The notes under the pieces are model-generated. The model had not been told where the DNA came from. It made no database searches and saw only the letters and a program-made list of their open reading frames with translations. From NCBI RefSeq assembly GCF_006345805.1, contig NC_042997.1, forward strand, positions 86,304,001 through 86,368,000: a DNA stretch of 64,000 nucleotides, written 5' to 3'. Positions within the stretch are counted from its first letter, which is position 1; each line of letters opens with the position of its first letter. Source of the DNA: Octopus sinensis (Eukaryota). The position numbers and the translations under genes were made by a program. This document shows, in pieces, positions 25,919-42,816 of this stretch.

Positions 25919-27842
25919 AAGTGTTGCTAAACGTTTGCTGTGGTGAATGTTCGCGTATGTGAAAGTATTTGTGTCGTTCTATATATGTGTGTGAGCAAGC
26001 GCAACCAACCAACTTCTTTGTTACTATTCGAGTTATTTCTTTTAGCTTTACTCATTCTTCCCGATTGCTATTAAATTTTTGATGTTAATTGCAAGTATAG
26101 ACGAAACATTTCCCCTCCAGTAAAGACTTCAAACAGATATCTTTTAATCATTCGAACGAAAATTGATTTCCGTTGTCGTCACAGACGTCGTGATTCTCTG
26201 GAGCGAATTTCTGGAGATGTGTCGAGAGCTTTTCCTATCATATAAAAGATGACAAACATGTTTGGTTGCGAAAATGTGACAATTTATTACGTCATAATAC
26301 AAACATTTCAAAACCAACAAACCTTTGTATCTTCCTGCTTTAGGAAACATTTGACTAATTTGTATATTAAGATGTAAAAAAAGAAAAACCATTTGCTCAC
26401 ACGTGAAAACTCTACCGCTCTTATTTATGATAAAGTGTTACTCATAAACATTAAGCCTGTTGATAATTATATCCTGTTATTTCGTGATTCTTTCATTCAT
26501 TTCTTTCATTTCATCGAGTTTAAACAGGTTAGTTTACCAAATCTGGTGACTTTGTCGTTTTGGCAGCAGTTTAAGACATCGCCGTGATATTGAAATCCAC
26601 CACGATAAAGACATGCTATATACATCACTCCAGGGCTAAATGGTATCTCGTGATTATTTACTTGCAATTCGGCATGCTCTTGTATGGTTACACGCCAGTT
26701 CTAAATATCCTTGTCCTATTCTCTTCATTCATATTTCTTCGCCAAACCTGAAATCTGTTCTTGGCACTCATGTCTAATCTTTAGCAGAGAGACCAAACGG
26801 ATAGTTTGGTAACCCATTAAAATAAACATTAAAAATCGAAAGGAAAAAATAAACAGCTTTGCAAGTTTAACTCAGTGTTTATTGAACAAGAGAAGTGCGA
26901 AATTTAAGAAGCAACTTGTTAGAATATACATGTCTGTGAGGAGACATAAACAAGAATAGCAAAAATCTACTATACTAAAAGAACTGCTAATACATACATT
27001 ACAAGTGTTTTATGAAGAGAACATAAGATTGCTGCTTAATTCAACATGAATGTGAAACGATATTAAACATCGTATAAGGTACGCGAAGGTTTCTTGGGAA
27101 CGCTAAAAGTCATATTCACTTGAGTTTACATACGTGTGGATGAATTGTAACGTCGTTGTCGGCGTTAGATGCAGTAAGAGCTGGTAGCGGTGATGAATTT
27201 CATTGTGTCGTAATGTGGAGAAAGCGAGCATACTTCCCGGTGGCAACGCAAGTTAAACTCCCTAAGCAGAAAAAAAATTGATCTATTTAAGGAAATTGCT
27301 AGGTTCCACAGAAATATGAAAGGATTTTTCCGCCAAGAGAACATGTGATCCATTTGAGCGCATCTCATTAGTTGACCGGGTAATTTGGCGTAATTGTTTA
27401 GGGGACAAATTGCGCCTAAAAATTAACCAATCAGAGCAAATGGTTAAAACATGATCTTTATAGCTAAGTGTTCTCTGCTACGCCCAAACAACAACTATAA
27501 ATAAAAGGGAGAGAGAATAGTTTGTCTGTGAATCCATTCTGCTACAAGTCTATTCGGTAATGGTTTCTTTTGTAGCCATTTCTCTAATTTTGGGTTGTCC
27601 TAAATGGTCTTTCGTATCACCATCACCCAATACACAAGAAACCTAGACGACTCGGGCACTATCCACTTCAGATTCCTCTGTTCAAACATTTTATTACTGA
27701 ACAGCTTGTCATAAATGAAGAGCGACGCAGCGGCAGCATTCTCTTACTGTTTTTTTTTATTTTTTACACAAATCTACCATACTCTATTTTCTTTATGTAT
27801 GTATGTATGTATGTATGTATGTACGTGTGTATGTATGTATGT

Positions 27843-27935
<93 letters not shown>

Positions 27936-27949
27936 TGTGAAAAGAAAAA

Positions 27950-28345
27950 CAAACGAATCTGTTATTTCTCTAAAGAATAATTCCGAATAAATATTTGTTT
28001 TTCCTTGTAAAATTATCAGAAGTTACTTTCTTTACAATACTACTAACGTGTTGGCACATGATCAGTTGCATGTTACTCTGAGTATAGTTGGGGATCCATC
28101 TGCTGGTCTAAGTCAATTTTTCCAGAGGAAATCATGGAAACATTAAATTCTTTAAAAGTATTGTAAAAATTCCCTGGTTTGGTTTCTTGCATATAATCTT
28201 TATAGGTATTTTGATTTTTTATATTCTTGCCTATTTCCATATTGTTTTTATTTCCTATTCTTCATTCTTTGCTGAATATATGCCAACATCTCACCGAAGG
28301 AAAGTATTATTTATTCCGAGCATAACGGAACGGGTCTTATACTTG
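27950..28345 (+). mobile_element. Helitron helicase C-terminal module copy
   Basis: 28048-28101 = VLAHDQLHVTLSIVGDPS. It ends ttccgagcataacggaacgggtcttatacttg, which contains a ttccg/cggaa stem. Further copies lie at ~24600-24850 (YGQSYVEDP), ~32760-33710 and ~45720-46280. Confidence 0.7.
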
Positions 28346-28493
28346 TACGAATAAATAATGTCATATGTTAAACATTTTATAGTGTGTGTATGTATTGATA
28401 CATGCGTATTTGTGTGTTTGCTGCAATGAATATTCACTTATGTATGTGAGTTAATATACTTGTAGTTGTTTGTGGTACGTGTGATTGTGTGAG

Positions 28494-31111
<2,618 letters not shown>

Positions 31112-32949
31112 GTGAGTTTGTGCATAGGAATACCATGTCATAGCAGCCAGCGACTTCTTTGTTCAATCTGAGTAACTTCCCTTAACTTTACGCATTTTTT
31201 TTAACAAACCCATATATAATTTTTGGTGTTAAGTGCAAGATTTCATTGAAGATATTTCAGATATATTTTAATCACTGAAAGAAAGGTCATGATCAGTTGC
31301 CGACTATAGTCGACACAGAGCCCATGATTATCCGGCATGAATTTCTAGCTATGATATCTTGTCAGGAGACAAGTGTTGCATTATCAATTAGCACAGTTGC
31401 AGGCCAGTATAGTTGTTGTTGCTGTTGTTGAAATTTTCCTCATCTTTGACCCGATTGTAATTGAGATCGTCAATAAAATTTCTGGATAATTTTTGGTGTT
31501 TAACAATCGATATTCTTTTCTCTGTTGGATTCCAAGTCAATTTTTCACACATTAATGTCTAATTTAATAATTTTCAATTTTTAAAACATGACGTCGAAAC
31601 TAGGGCAAAGCCAGTAATAACTAATTTCAATAATTTATTCTCTTTAACTACATGGCGCGTGAATGTATCTTGAAGAAAGCCACTCCAGCAATTCGTGAAG
31701 AAACTGTCGTGAATATTTTATTTTGAGTTTTTAGATATTGACGGGTTGCGTTAATTTCATATTATGTGTCATTTTTCCATGATCCTCTTTCATCTGACTT
31801 AGGTGTCTTAAATTTTTGTTTCATTTCTGATCTTTCAGATGTCTAAGGATGTGTATGAGTATTTTTCAAATGTAATTCTGGAGAATTGAAGAGGTATGTT
31901 CATCTTATCCTGTCTTACTCATTTTGCCCGGTTAAAAGAGAACGGGGATAATTTTCTGAAACTGTGTTCGGATTATGTTATAGTGTTTTTAATGTATTTA
32001 GAGACGTTCATTTGTTGAGCTGATATAGTTTTTGTGAAGTAGTGAACATTTGTGAAAAATATATAGACACAAACGAAATTTAGATGTTGCAGTGAAAGTA
32101 ACAGTTTTAGTTGTTCTGGAATTGCTTACATGCTGCAAATTCTTTTAAATATTCAACTTTACCCTGCCCCTAATTACAAAATTTCCACTGTTTTTCATTT
32201 TTTTTTTATTCTTTATACGGACAGTTCATGTTATTAAAATAAATTATCTTTAACATTCCTTTAAATTGTTACGAGAAAAAAATTTACTGATTGAGAATGA
32301 CGTTACAGAAATAATTATAACCTGTGAGTTGTCCATTTCTTGTGTACAAACAATTTATATTATATTTGGTACAAAACTGGGTAAAATTTGAGAAGTACAG
32401 TCGCACGCGTTTCACTAAGAAAAAAAACCTCGGATTTTTTGCGTGGAACCAAGTACCTTGATCTCCTAATGTGCCGCAAACCTCTTATTTTTGTTCGGAA
32501 AAAAGGATGGGTGAGAAACCGGACACCCCACCACCACCACTACATCCCAGAATCATTGGAAACTTCTTCTTTTTTCGTTGAATGAATTATGCTACAAAAC
32601 ACTTTTTTGTCCGGAAAACGGGAGTTGGGGTGGAATCCTCGGAAATTTCACCCTTCCCTTTGTATGTCCCCTCTATGTATCAACCCTTTGTGGTTAATAA
32701 AGAACCAATACTAGAAACGTGTTCACACATGGTGAGCCGTAGGTTGCAATTCCATCACACATGAAAATCAATCCAGTGGTATCCCAGCTATTAAAATTTT
32801 AAATTCACTTAAGATATTGCCAACATTTCTTGCTCTGGTTCCTTGCATATAACGTTGATAGGTATTTTGATTTATTCAATTTTTTTTTATTGTTTCATTA
32901 TTGTTTATATTTCGTATACTTTACTCTTTGTTGAATCTATCTATCTGCA

Positions 32950-33610
32950 GTCAGTCGTCGCATGACTTAAGCTTTCCCCATACTGGTCAGTTTTTTGCTT
33001 AGGTTTGCCATTATTATGAGCAATTCCTTTCCACTTCATGATGTTTTCTTTTTTAAATATCGTTGTATCTGTCTAAGTCTTCCATGGTTTCTTTTCCTCT
33101 TGCATAGTTTGGAGTAAAAGATTTATCTGGGGAGTTTGTTGTTGTCCATCATGTGTACGTGATCTAACCAACGTAAATTTCTATGAATGAGGATTTCCAT
33201 CATAGAAGGCAGACCAACACGCTGTAGAGTATCTTCCTTCCTGATCTTGTCAACAGGGATATTCATAATTTGGTACTTCTCAAGTATAGAGGTCCCTAAA
33301 CTGTACTACTTAAATACAAGTGTTACGTACAAAACATTTTAAATGTACGCTGTGTGGACGTGTAATGACACTCTAACCCTAAAAACTAACCCAAAAACTA
33401 ACCCTCTCCTTCATATCGTTACGTAGAAGCATCGGGACCTCTGTATTTAAGTAGTGCCCATAATATTGTAGTTGGCTCATCATATAAGCATGTAACTTGC
33501 CTACATAAGCTTTATAAACTGTCCACTAGTATACCTTACAGTTGACACGCATAGAAACATGCCTATTTTACCAGCCTCTCTTGCAGCCAGCCAAATGAAG
33601 CGTTAGCTCT
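32950..33610 (-). mobile_element. RTE-clade LINE 3' ORF fragment
   Basis: Minus strand reads NRHVSMRVNCKVY...KLHAYMM.../NIPVDKIRKEDTLQRVGLPSMMEILIHRNLRWLDHVHMMDNNKLPR*IFYSKL. Confidence 0.8.
33272..33458. mobile_element. Small MITE inserted in an RTE fragment
   Basis: Imperfect TIRs ggtacttctcaagtatagaggtccc and gggacctctgtatttaagtagtgcc. The TSD is CATAATTT/CATAATAT (7/8 match), with an aaccctaa-like core. Confidence 0.8.
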
Positions 33611-34296
33611 GGAAAGATCTTGGTTCATATTTTTGTTGAATGTATACCTATATTTCACTGAAACACAGTAATGTTTATTCCGGGCATAACACAATGGGTT
33701 ACCCTCTGGTAGGGATAAACAACGTCATATTTAAATGTCTTTTTCAAAAGTTTATTTTGTATTTTATATGTCATTCAGTATTGTTAAACATTTTAATGTG
33801 TGTGTATGTGTTGATGTGTGCGTACCTGTGTGTTTGCTGTGGTGAATGTTCACATGTATGTGAGAGTATTTATTTGTGGCTGTTTGTACGTGTGCGTGTG
33901 TACGCGCACGCACCCCGCCATAGCAACCAACGGCGTCTTTGTTGGTATTTGAATTATTTCCCTTAGCTTTACACATTTCTTTACGAACTAATATTTCATT
34001 TTTGATGTTAATAAAAAAAAAAACTTTATTGGAGATATTTCAGATATGTATGTTTTAAATATTGTGAGGAATGTCATCATCAGTTGCCGACCTCAGTCGA
34101 TGCAGACGTCATGATTCGCAGGACTGATTACTGGCAAAGATTTCTAGTCAGGAGAGTTTTTCCGATCGTATGAAAGACGGAGAAACAAGTTCGGGTTTCA
34201 AAAATGTGACCATTTATTACGTCAAAATAGAAATATTTCAGAAACAACAAGCTTTTACATCTTTAAAGAAAACATTTGACTATTTATATTTTATTA

Positions 34297-34703
34297 CTCT
34301 CTTTTACTCTTTTACTTGTTTCAGTCATTTCATTGTGGCCATGCTGGAGCACCGCCTTTAGTCGAGCAAATCGACCCCAGGACTTATTCTTTGTAAGCCT
34401 AGTACTTCTTCTATCAGTCTCTTTTGCCGAACTGCTAAGTTACGGGGACGTAAACACACCAGCATCGGTTGTCAAGCGATGTTGGTGGGACAAACACAGA
34501 CACACAAACATATACACACACATATATATATACATATATACGACGGGCTTCTTTCCGTTTCTGTCAACCAAATCCACTCAAAAAGCTTTGGTCGGCCCGA
34601 GGTTATAGTAGAAGACACTTGTCCAAGGTGCCACGCAGTGGGACTGAACCTGGAACCATGTGGTTCGCAAGTAAGCTACTTACCACACAGCCACTCCTGC
34701 GCC
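34297..34703 (-). mobile_element. SINE S2, full length
   Basis: Reverse complement of the copy at 49094-49493. Confidence 0.9.
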
Positions 34704-36470
34704 TATTAATTTTTTTTTTTTAAGTCTAACTCCTGGAAATTCTACGGTCCGTATTTGTGTTAAAGTGTCACTCAAACATTTCCCCAGTCGATAATCATAT
34801 TCTGTCACTTCATTCATGATGCGTTGATTCATTTCTAGATGCTTCCTTAAAAGTAGGACATTCAGTCTAGATGGGCTACTTTGCCAAGTGTGTTACCTGC
34901 CGTTTCGGCTGTAGTTTAAGTTTTCACTGCACTAACCTAGTTGGGTAGCCAAGTTCTAAAGTTAAGGGGGGCGAGCACATAAAAAAGAAAGGCGCCGTGA
35001 CACATACCAAACAATTTTGGTTAAACTCTAGCTTCAGACCCGGTCAAAATTTTTTTAATAGTGTAATAGGTGTAAAACAATGTGTAGTAAACGAATGTGA
35101 AGGAAAAAATGTGGCTGACTCGGAAAATTCACATCGGGAATGTTCCGAGTCCTTTCACCACTCCCCCGTTTGTCGGCGCAGATTTTTTTCTTCATATTCG
35201 TTTACTACACATTATTTTAAACATTTTTGTGACGGGGGAGGGGGAGGACTCGGAAAAGTCACACGATCTGGTGACCTTACTTCGACACACAGACACCAGA
35301 AGAAACGTGCAATAGATGTAAAATAATGTGTACTAAACGATTATGAAAAAGAAATGGGCGCTGGCGAACAGGGCGGGGGGGGGGAGGACTCGGACTCGGA
35401 AAATTCATCAAATAAAGTTCCAGAAAGTTCTTCCAAGGGCGTGTGACCAACAAAAAACAAAGAGAGAGAGAGATTTGATTTTTGTTGCACAGGTGAACAT
35501 AAGAGTTTTTTAAAAATTGTTGAAAAGGCGTTAATTTTGAAAAATATGTTCGTGGGGAGCGGTCGTTCTCTTTGTCCCCTTGTTAGTTACACCAATGTTT
35601 CTTGTTATGTCAATGTTTCGCATACATTCTTGGTATTCATGTCTATTCTATTTGTTAATGTTTTCTTTTTTAGCCATTTGTTTAGCTATTTCACTAATAC
35701 TTGATCGTTACCCATTGTATATGAATTGCTTATTATTTATCATATTGCTAAATTTAATGCTTATGGGAAACAGTTATCATATTTCAAAACTGCAAGAATT
35801 GAAATTAGCCATAAACATTTCATTTCTGGTTTAATTTCAAATATGGGGCGTGAACCTTCCATGTATACTGGTAGTTTTTATTTGTTTTTATTTTATTATA
35901 TATATATATATATATTATGTAAATAGTCAAATATGTTTTATTTTTTTTAAATGTATATATATAAAATCTCAAGCAACACTTGAGACTAGTATGGTAGATG
36001 GTCTTCGAAGTGAGTCTACAATCACTAAATTATATTCCGGCAAAATAATTAAATTTTGCGACATCCAAGACAGGAGATTTTCCTGGCGTAAACATACGTA
36101 AAAGTACATTCGCACATAAGCACAAACATGCATACATACACCCTCACAACATACGCTTCTTCGAGCATACGCTGACGGGGACACGGACACACATGCACAC
36201 ACATACACACACACACACATACACATATACACGCGAATACATATATACCCTCACATACACACATGAATGATTATTGTAAAAATGATTAGTAACATATAAA
36301 CAAAAAGTAATTCTTGCAAAAATAGAACTGACTAAAAAAAAAAGGAGTCACATAACGTTTTTTTGTTTTGTTTTGTTTTTCCCCGTAATCGTAATTTTGT
36401 ATTTAAAATATCTGCAACGGTATTTCCAGAATACAGAGTTTCTTCAACTATCAATATATTAAGAGACTCT

Positions 36471-36685
36471 AAGGTAGCGAGCTGACAGAATCATTAGAAC
36501 GCTGGATAAAATGCTTAGAAACATTTCGTCCGATTTCACGTTCTGAGTTCAAATCTTCCGAGGTTCACTTTGTCTTTCATCCTTTCAGGGGTCGATAGAA
36601 TAAGTAATAGCTGAGCATTATGGTCGTCGTAATCAACTTACCCACAACTCCGAAGTTGCTGGTCTTGTGCCAAAATTTGAAATTA
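36471..36685 (+). mobile_element. SINE S1
   Basis: Family head and body, with approximate TSD atatattaagagactct/atatattgagaaactct. Confidence 0.8.
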
Positions 36686-36789
36686 ATATATTGAGAAACT
36701 CTCCCTAACTTTCTTCATGAAATATGTGTAACTGACAGTGTTATACGAAATATAGTGCCAGTTCCTTCATAAATGGTGTATTACTGAAT

Positions 36790-37290
36790 CACATGCTTCG
36801 GTGGGGAATGATAATATTGTAAGACAGAAAGAACTGAGAGAGAGAGAGAGAGAATACAGAAAAATATTGCGTATAGGGCAAAGAAATTAGAAGTAGGAAA
36901 AGAGTGGAAGGAAAGCAGGAAATGTATGCAAGAAATGCAGCTTTTAAGGTATCGTATGACAAATGAGGAGTCAAAGTTAATAGGGAAAATATGACGGATG
37001 ATGGATGATACCACAAAGCATTTAGCACAATCAGGAATTAGAGAAATAGCTAAAGAGAAGAAATTACTAAATAGAATAGACACGAATACTGAGAATAGAG
37101 AGAAAATATGAACGAGGAGGATACACAAAGCTATTTAAAACTGCCGTGTAATCGTGCAAAAATAAAAAGAAAAGTAGTAAATAATCTCGTGGTAGTATTT
37201 AGTATCGGAGCTATAAATATATGTTCTTATCGTGGTGGTCTGCGATATCACAGTGAAGCCTTAAACTGCTGGCCAAAATGGCATAGCTAA
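36790..37290 (+). pseudogene. Helitron N-terminal module copy, inverted relative to most copies
   Basis: ORF 37108-37290(+) MNEEDTQSYLKLPCNRAKIKRKVVNNLVVVFSIGAINICSYRGGLRYHSEALNCWPK matches the Zn-motif region of the other copies. Confidence 0.7.
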
Positions 37291-37662
37291 TCTAGTAGTT
37301 TTGGTAAAAAGTTTTTTCAATAAAATATATTTGACATAACATAAAACAATATAGCAAAACAAAAACAAATAAAAACTACTAATATTCATGGAAATTCCAC
37401 GCCCCGTATTTATGGCAAAGTGTTAACCATAAACGTTTCATTTCCGGCCTTTTAATTCAATTTTTGCAATCTTGAAATATGATAGTTGTTCCCCGTATAA
37501 TATCAAACTTGGTGATATAATTTAGAAAATAAGTAAAACTCTTTATCCAGGATATACTGTTACACATCTTTACAAAGAATATTAGGAATATATAGATTGT
37601 CGGAAAACCCAGTACTTTGAAAATACTGTTACATATGTTCTAAATACAAATTTACGAATACA

Positions 37663-37735
<73 letters not shown>

Positions 37736-38127
37736 AAGTTTACGAAAGACGAAGGCAGGTGGTGTACAAACAAACAGATGTATTAGTTTAGCGCTCAGGA
37801 ATAGAAAAAGTCTTTTATGTTTCGAGCCTACGCTCTTCTACAGAAAGATATACAGAAAAAAAAAACAAGGAGAGAAAAAAATGTGTGTAGTAGCTAACGA
37901 TCTATCATGGCAGTATTCTAGTATGGCCACAGCCTTTGTGTTGAAACATGTAAATGAATAAGAGGTTTTTTATATATTCATTCTCCATTGCAAGAATTAT
38001 TCTTTATACGTTATAGTAACGTATGAAACATTTACAAAAGATTTTTAAGTATGTGTATGCATTTATGGAAGTCTGTTATGAGTGTTCATGTATGTCTAAG
38101 TGCATTTGTGTGCATGTTGTGTGTGTG

Positions 38128-38163
<36 letters not shown>

Positions 38164-39619
38164 ATGTGCAGGCGCGGTGTCTGGAATTTTTCTCGTAGCA
38201 GAAGCATGTTCACATTGTGCTTGCTTAAGCTTAAATTGACGAATGTCGGCTTATACGCCTGTCTTCTGCAAGTGGTCACATGACCTGGTCACACATCGAT
38301 CTAGCCCTTCTGGCTCTCATCCCATCACGTGACAGACCAACCGAGCTCGGGAAATTTATGTCTGTCTGCTGGGAGCCTTTCCCATTATTTCCTCAGTGAG
38401 TTGGGTTTGCACGATTGAATTTGGATCTTCGACAGAGAGCAAGTTTATTTCGCAGACAGCCTCCGGTAGCCTTTGATGCGTACGTTTGTTCCTGTCCTCC
38501 AGCAGAAGTTATGTCTCGTATTTGTTTTACTGTTTCACACCACATACATTATACATTAGAAACCATTGTACATATGCTGACAGTATACTTTAAGATGAAT
38601 CTCAACAGCTTTGCCGTGATAATGCTCTTTAATGGATTGAATAAATCATCGTATTTTATCCTCTTGGTTTTCTATTTATTCCTTTATCTACACGCACACG
38701 TATGTTGGAACTCAAACCAGTTTTATCTATCAACTCAACTCACTCTGCTAAAAGCTATACTGAGAAGAGCTGCTATTTGACTAATATTTGACAGAAAACT
38801 ATTTAGCCTGTGTATATAGAGTTTGTGTAAGCAACGAGAAATGAATCAAAGTATCATGAATAAAATGACAGGATATTATCCACACCTGAATTTCTGGCAA
38901 TGATATCTAGTCAAGTGAGTTTTTTTCTTTTCCCATATTGATCACTGAAATATATGAAGGGTTGCTTGCGATTTAATGTACATAACAGTCTACGTAATTT
39001 TGCTGTTGGTGTTTGAAAGATAAATAAAGAAGCTTGTGTTAGGAAAATATGAGCATTTACTACGTCATAATTGAAAGATTTCAAAAGCAATAAGCTTCAA
39101 CATCTTTTGTTTTTAGGTAAACACATTTTACTATTTACATAATATATATGTATATATATATATATATATATATAAAAGTGGGGGAGAAACATTTCCCAGT
39201 CGATAATAATAATATTCTGTCATTTCATCCATAATGCTTCGATTCATTTCTTGCTGCCTATTTTCCCAAAGGACCACTATAATTTTCCAGAAAAATGTGT
39301 GGCTCACCGGTGGTTGGAAAAAAAAATTATTTTTAACATTTCATAATTAAAGAAATACCCACACTAGAGCATTAGAATAGCGCTATACTGTATCAAACAG
39401 TCTTCCCGCAGTATGCTAGGCAGGAGGGATTGGTTTGGCTAGAGTTAGTATAGGTGTAGTATGTTTGCTGTAAAAAAAGATTTTCACAATTCCAGGTCCC
39501 ACTTGAAAAAGGCAAAAATTGTATCCCACACCCCACCACAATTTTCTCAGGTCCCACCGGTGGGGCGTATGTCCCCCGTTGGGAATCACTACTCTAAAGT
39601 GACTGCATTGAATTTTGAC

Positions 39620-39920
39620 AGACCCACCACAAAACTAGTATACTAAATCTACTAGATAAACTTTGCCTTTTTAGCAGTAGTTTAAGGCTTTACTGTGATA
39701 CTGTAGAGCGCCGCTATATGTTATATTCATTGCTCCAATATTAAATGGAACCTCATGAATATTTGCTACCCTTCTCCGTGCTCTGGCACGGTTACACGCT
39801 TTTGTTCTCGGCATTCTTGTTTGTTCTCTTCGGTAATGTTTTCTTTTCCAGCCTGTCCTCTCAATTTTGCTTGTCCTAAACATTCCTATCATCATCATTC
39901 ATATTTTGCCTTGTTTCTTG
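39620..39920 (-). pseudogene. Helitron N-terminal module, partial copy
   Basis: ORF 39671-39898(-) ends ...ANIHEVPFNIGAMNITYSGALQYHSKALNYC. Confidence 0.7.
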
Positions 39921-41109
39921 GTTAAGGTTATGCCCTTATACATATTTTAGACATCTATTAGTACATAGATCGAAAATGGTTAGAAACAAGGTCATTAATA
40001 GATATATAATTAGAAAATCTCCGCATGCACAATAAAACGCTTTAATCTGTATGCGTATTCATGTGTACAGACGTGTTTTTACTTTTGAAATATATGAGAG
40101 TGTGTGTGTTTGTGCGCGTGTTGCGAGCAGCGTTTCACAGCGACTAAGTAATTTTCTTTCTATTTGAGTTACTTCCCTTAGCTTTACACATTTATTTTTA
40201 TTTTTATTTTTATTTTTTTTTTTTTTTGCAGAGAATTTTTAGACGCAAATTACATGAGGTCTTAACGGAATATTTCTCCATCTAAAAAGATTGGACTCTA
40301 TTCAAAAGTAAGAATTTCTTCGTCTTGCAACGAAAATTGTCATCATCAGTTGCTGAGCTCACCTCATTTTCACCATTACACTAAGGTCTCAATTTAGTCA
40401 AGAGTGATTTTCCAGGCAGCTAAGTACACCAAAAGATATATAAAGTTACTAGATTATCTTCAGCTGTAAATCATTACTTTGCAAATTGTCCTCAACGAAA
40501 ATCTCCAAAACATTCTTGAAATTCTTCGAAATGTTAAGAGATGAGCTGGAAGCAGGGTGAGCTACATGAGATTAAGTCCTTACTGTAGTGCTTTACTGTA
40601 TCACGGTGATTCCCCTTTTTTATATTCAACCTGTTTTTGCAAGATATGTTAATAAACATTGCTAAACATTTTAAAGTATGTGTATGTATTGATGTATGTC
40701 TGTGTAGTTGTGTTTGCTGTGGTGAGCGATCACCTATGTATGTGAGTGTATTTATGTGTTTGTGTGCTCGAGTTTGCGTGAGTGTTTGTATGAGTGTGCG
40801 TGTCTATGTTTCTGCGTATGTAATAACATACGTTCTTTTACATATGTGTACGGCGGGAATATACCCTGATCAAGTAATCACACAATTTGGGAATTTTTGA
40901 TTTCCAGGTGTTTGGAGATTATAGAATGTCTTTATGTAATTTGATGATTGTAGACTCACTTCCAACTTTTCAAAATATGAAAGACGTTTGGGCTACGAAA
41001 ATCTGACCGTTTATTACGTCATAATAGAAACAGTTCAAAAGTGGCATCGTGAAAATCCTACCACCCACAGCCGATAATAATATCCTATCGTTTCATTACT
41101 GATGCTTTC

Positions 41110-41630
41110 ATTCTGGTAACTGAACTTATTCTAGCAGCAGCATAAGGCTTCACCGTGATAACATAGACCACTACGATAATATGTTACATGTATTGCTCCA
41201 ATACTATATGGTACCTCGTGACTATTTCCTGCTATAATTCCTTCTCATGCATGCTTACACATTTCTAAATATCCTTGTTTATCCTCTTTGTTCATATTTT
41301 CCCTGCAAGCCTGAAATCTGTTCTGCACCTGTTCTAGGTATTCTTGTCTATTCTGTTCGGTAATGTTTTGTTCATTTTTTTCTTGCCGCTGTACAAAATG
41401 CTCTTTCGTATCATCTTTCATATTTTCCTTATTTACTTTGATTTCTCATACGACACCTTGAAGCTGCATTTCTTGCATTAATTTCGTGCCTTCCCTCCTC
41501 TCTATTCCTAATTCATATTTGTCTTCTCCGCAATATTTCCTTGTATTTTTTCTGACTCTCTCAATTCATTTCTTGCAGTTCTGCTAGATAGTCGTTGCCA
41601 AGTGGCACACGAAATTACAGTAATAAATTA
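41110..41630 (-). pseudogene. Helitron N-terminal module copy
   Basis: Aligns by eye over ~500 bp with the copies at 15000-15560 and 60830-61480. Confidence 0.7.
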
Positions 41631-42816
41631 TTTATGAAGCAATTGATATGATATTTGGTAAAACACTGTGACCGTTATACACATATAATTTACGAATAAA
41701 GTTAAGATGAGTCTCCTAATATATAGATAGTTGAAGAAATTCTGTATTCTGGAAAAACCATTTCAGACATTTTAAATACAAAGTTACGCATACGAGGAAA
41801 AATACGTCATTTTTTTCCAATGACATTTTCTTATATGTTACTAATCATTTCCAAATAGTTTTGCAATGAAAGTTCATGAGTGTGTGTGAGTGTGTTTATG
41901 TACTAATGTGTGTGTTTGAGTATGCGTTTCTTTCTGGGTTATGTATGTGCATGTCTATGTGATTGTGCAATGTATGTGTGTATGTTTTTGTTTGCTTTTT
42001 GATTTATTTAGATATCACACACTTTCGTTTATTTTGATTCTGAGACAGCTCGGACTGGTGAAACGTCGGAATATAATTTAGTGATTATAGACTCACTTCG
42101 AAGACCATCTACCATACTGGTCTCAAGTGCTCTCTGAGATTTAATGTATGGAAATAGTCCATGTAATTCAAATGATGGAGTTTGATCGAACATTGAAAGT
42201 ATGAAAGATAAACAAGTTTGGATTCCAAAAGTGTGACCTTTATTACGTCATAATAACATTTCAAAAACGAAAAGCTTCAACATATTTTTAAAATAAAATA
42301 TATTTGACTGTTTACATAATATATGTATGTATATCAATATATTAAAACAAAAACAAAAAAACTATCACTACACATGGAAATTACATGCCCCATATTTGTG
42401 GCAAACTGAACCATTAACATTTCACCTCTGCCTTCAATTCACTTTTTTGCAGTTTTAGAATATGATAGTTGTACCCCGAGAATTCTGTTTCACTAATATA
42501 ATAATTTAAGAAGCAGTCGATACTTTATAATGATTTAAACTCCGAATCTGGGAATATATCGTCACACATTTTTATAGAGACAGTTTGGAAGAGTTTCTTA
42601 ATATAAAGATGGTTGGGGAACTCTATTCTGAAAGGTTACGAATAAGGAAACATACATGTCATGTGTAGGATTTTATATTTTTGTTAATATTCATCTCTCT
42701 TTTGCAAAAATTGATTATTGTTTATATGTCACTAAGCATTTCAAAACATTTTCATGTGTTTATATATCCATGTAAGTCTGTGTAGTTGTGTTTACTTTGA
42801 TGAGCCTTCAGTTATG

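Noticed and set aside
34965-35580. GC-richer insert starting ttaagggggg (Kolobok-like?); also hAT-like ends near 39595 and 60045
   Set aside because: These are probably DNA-transposon debris, but matching TIRs or TSDs could not be established.
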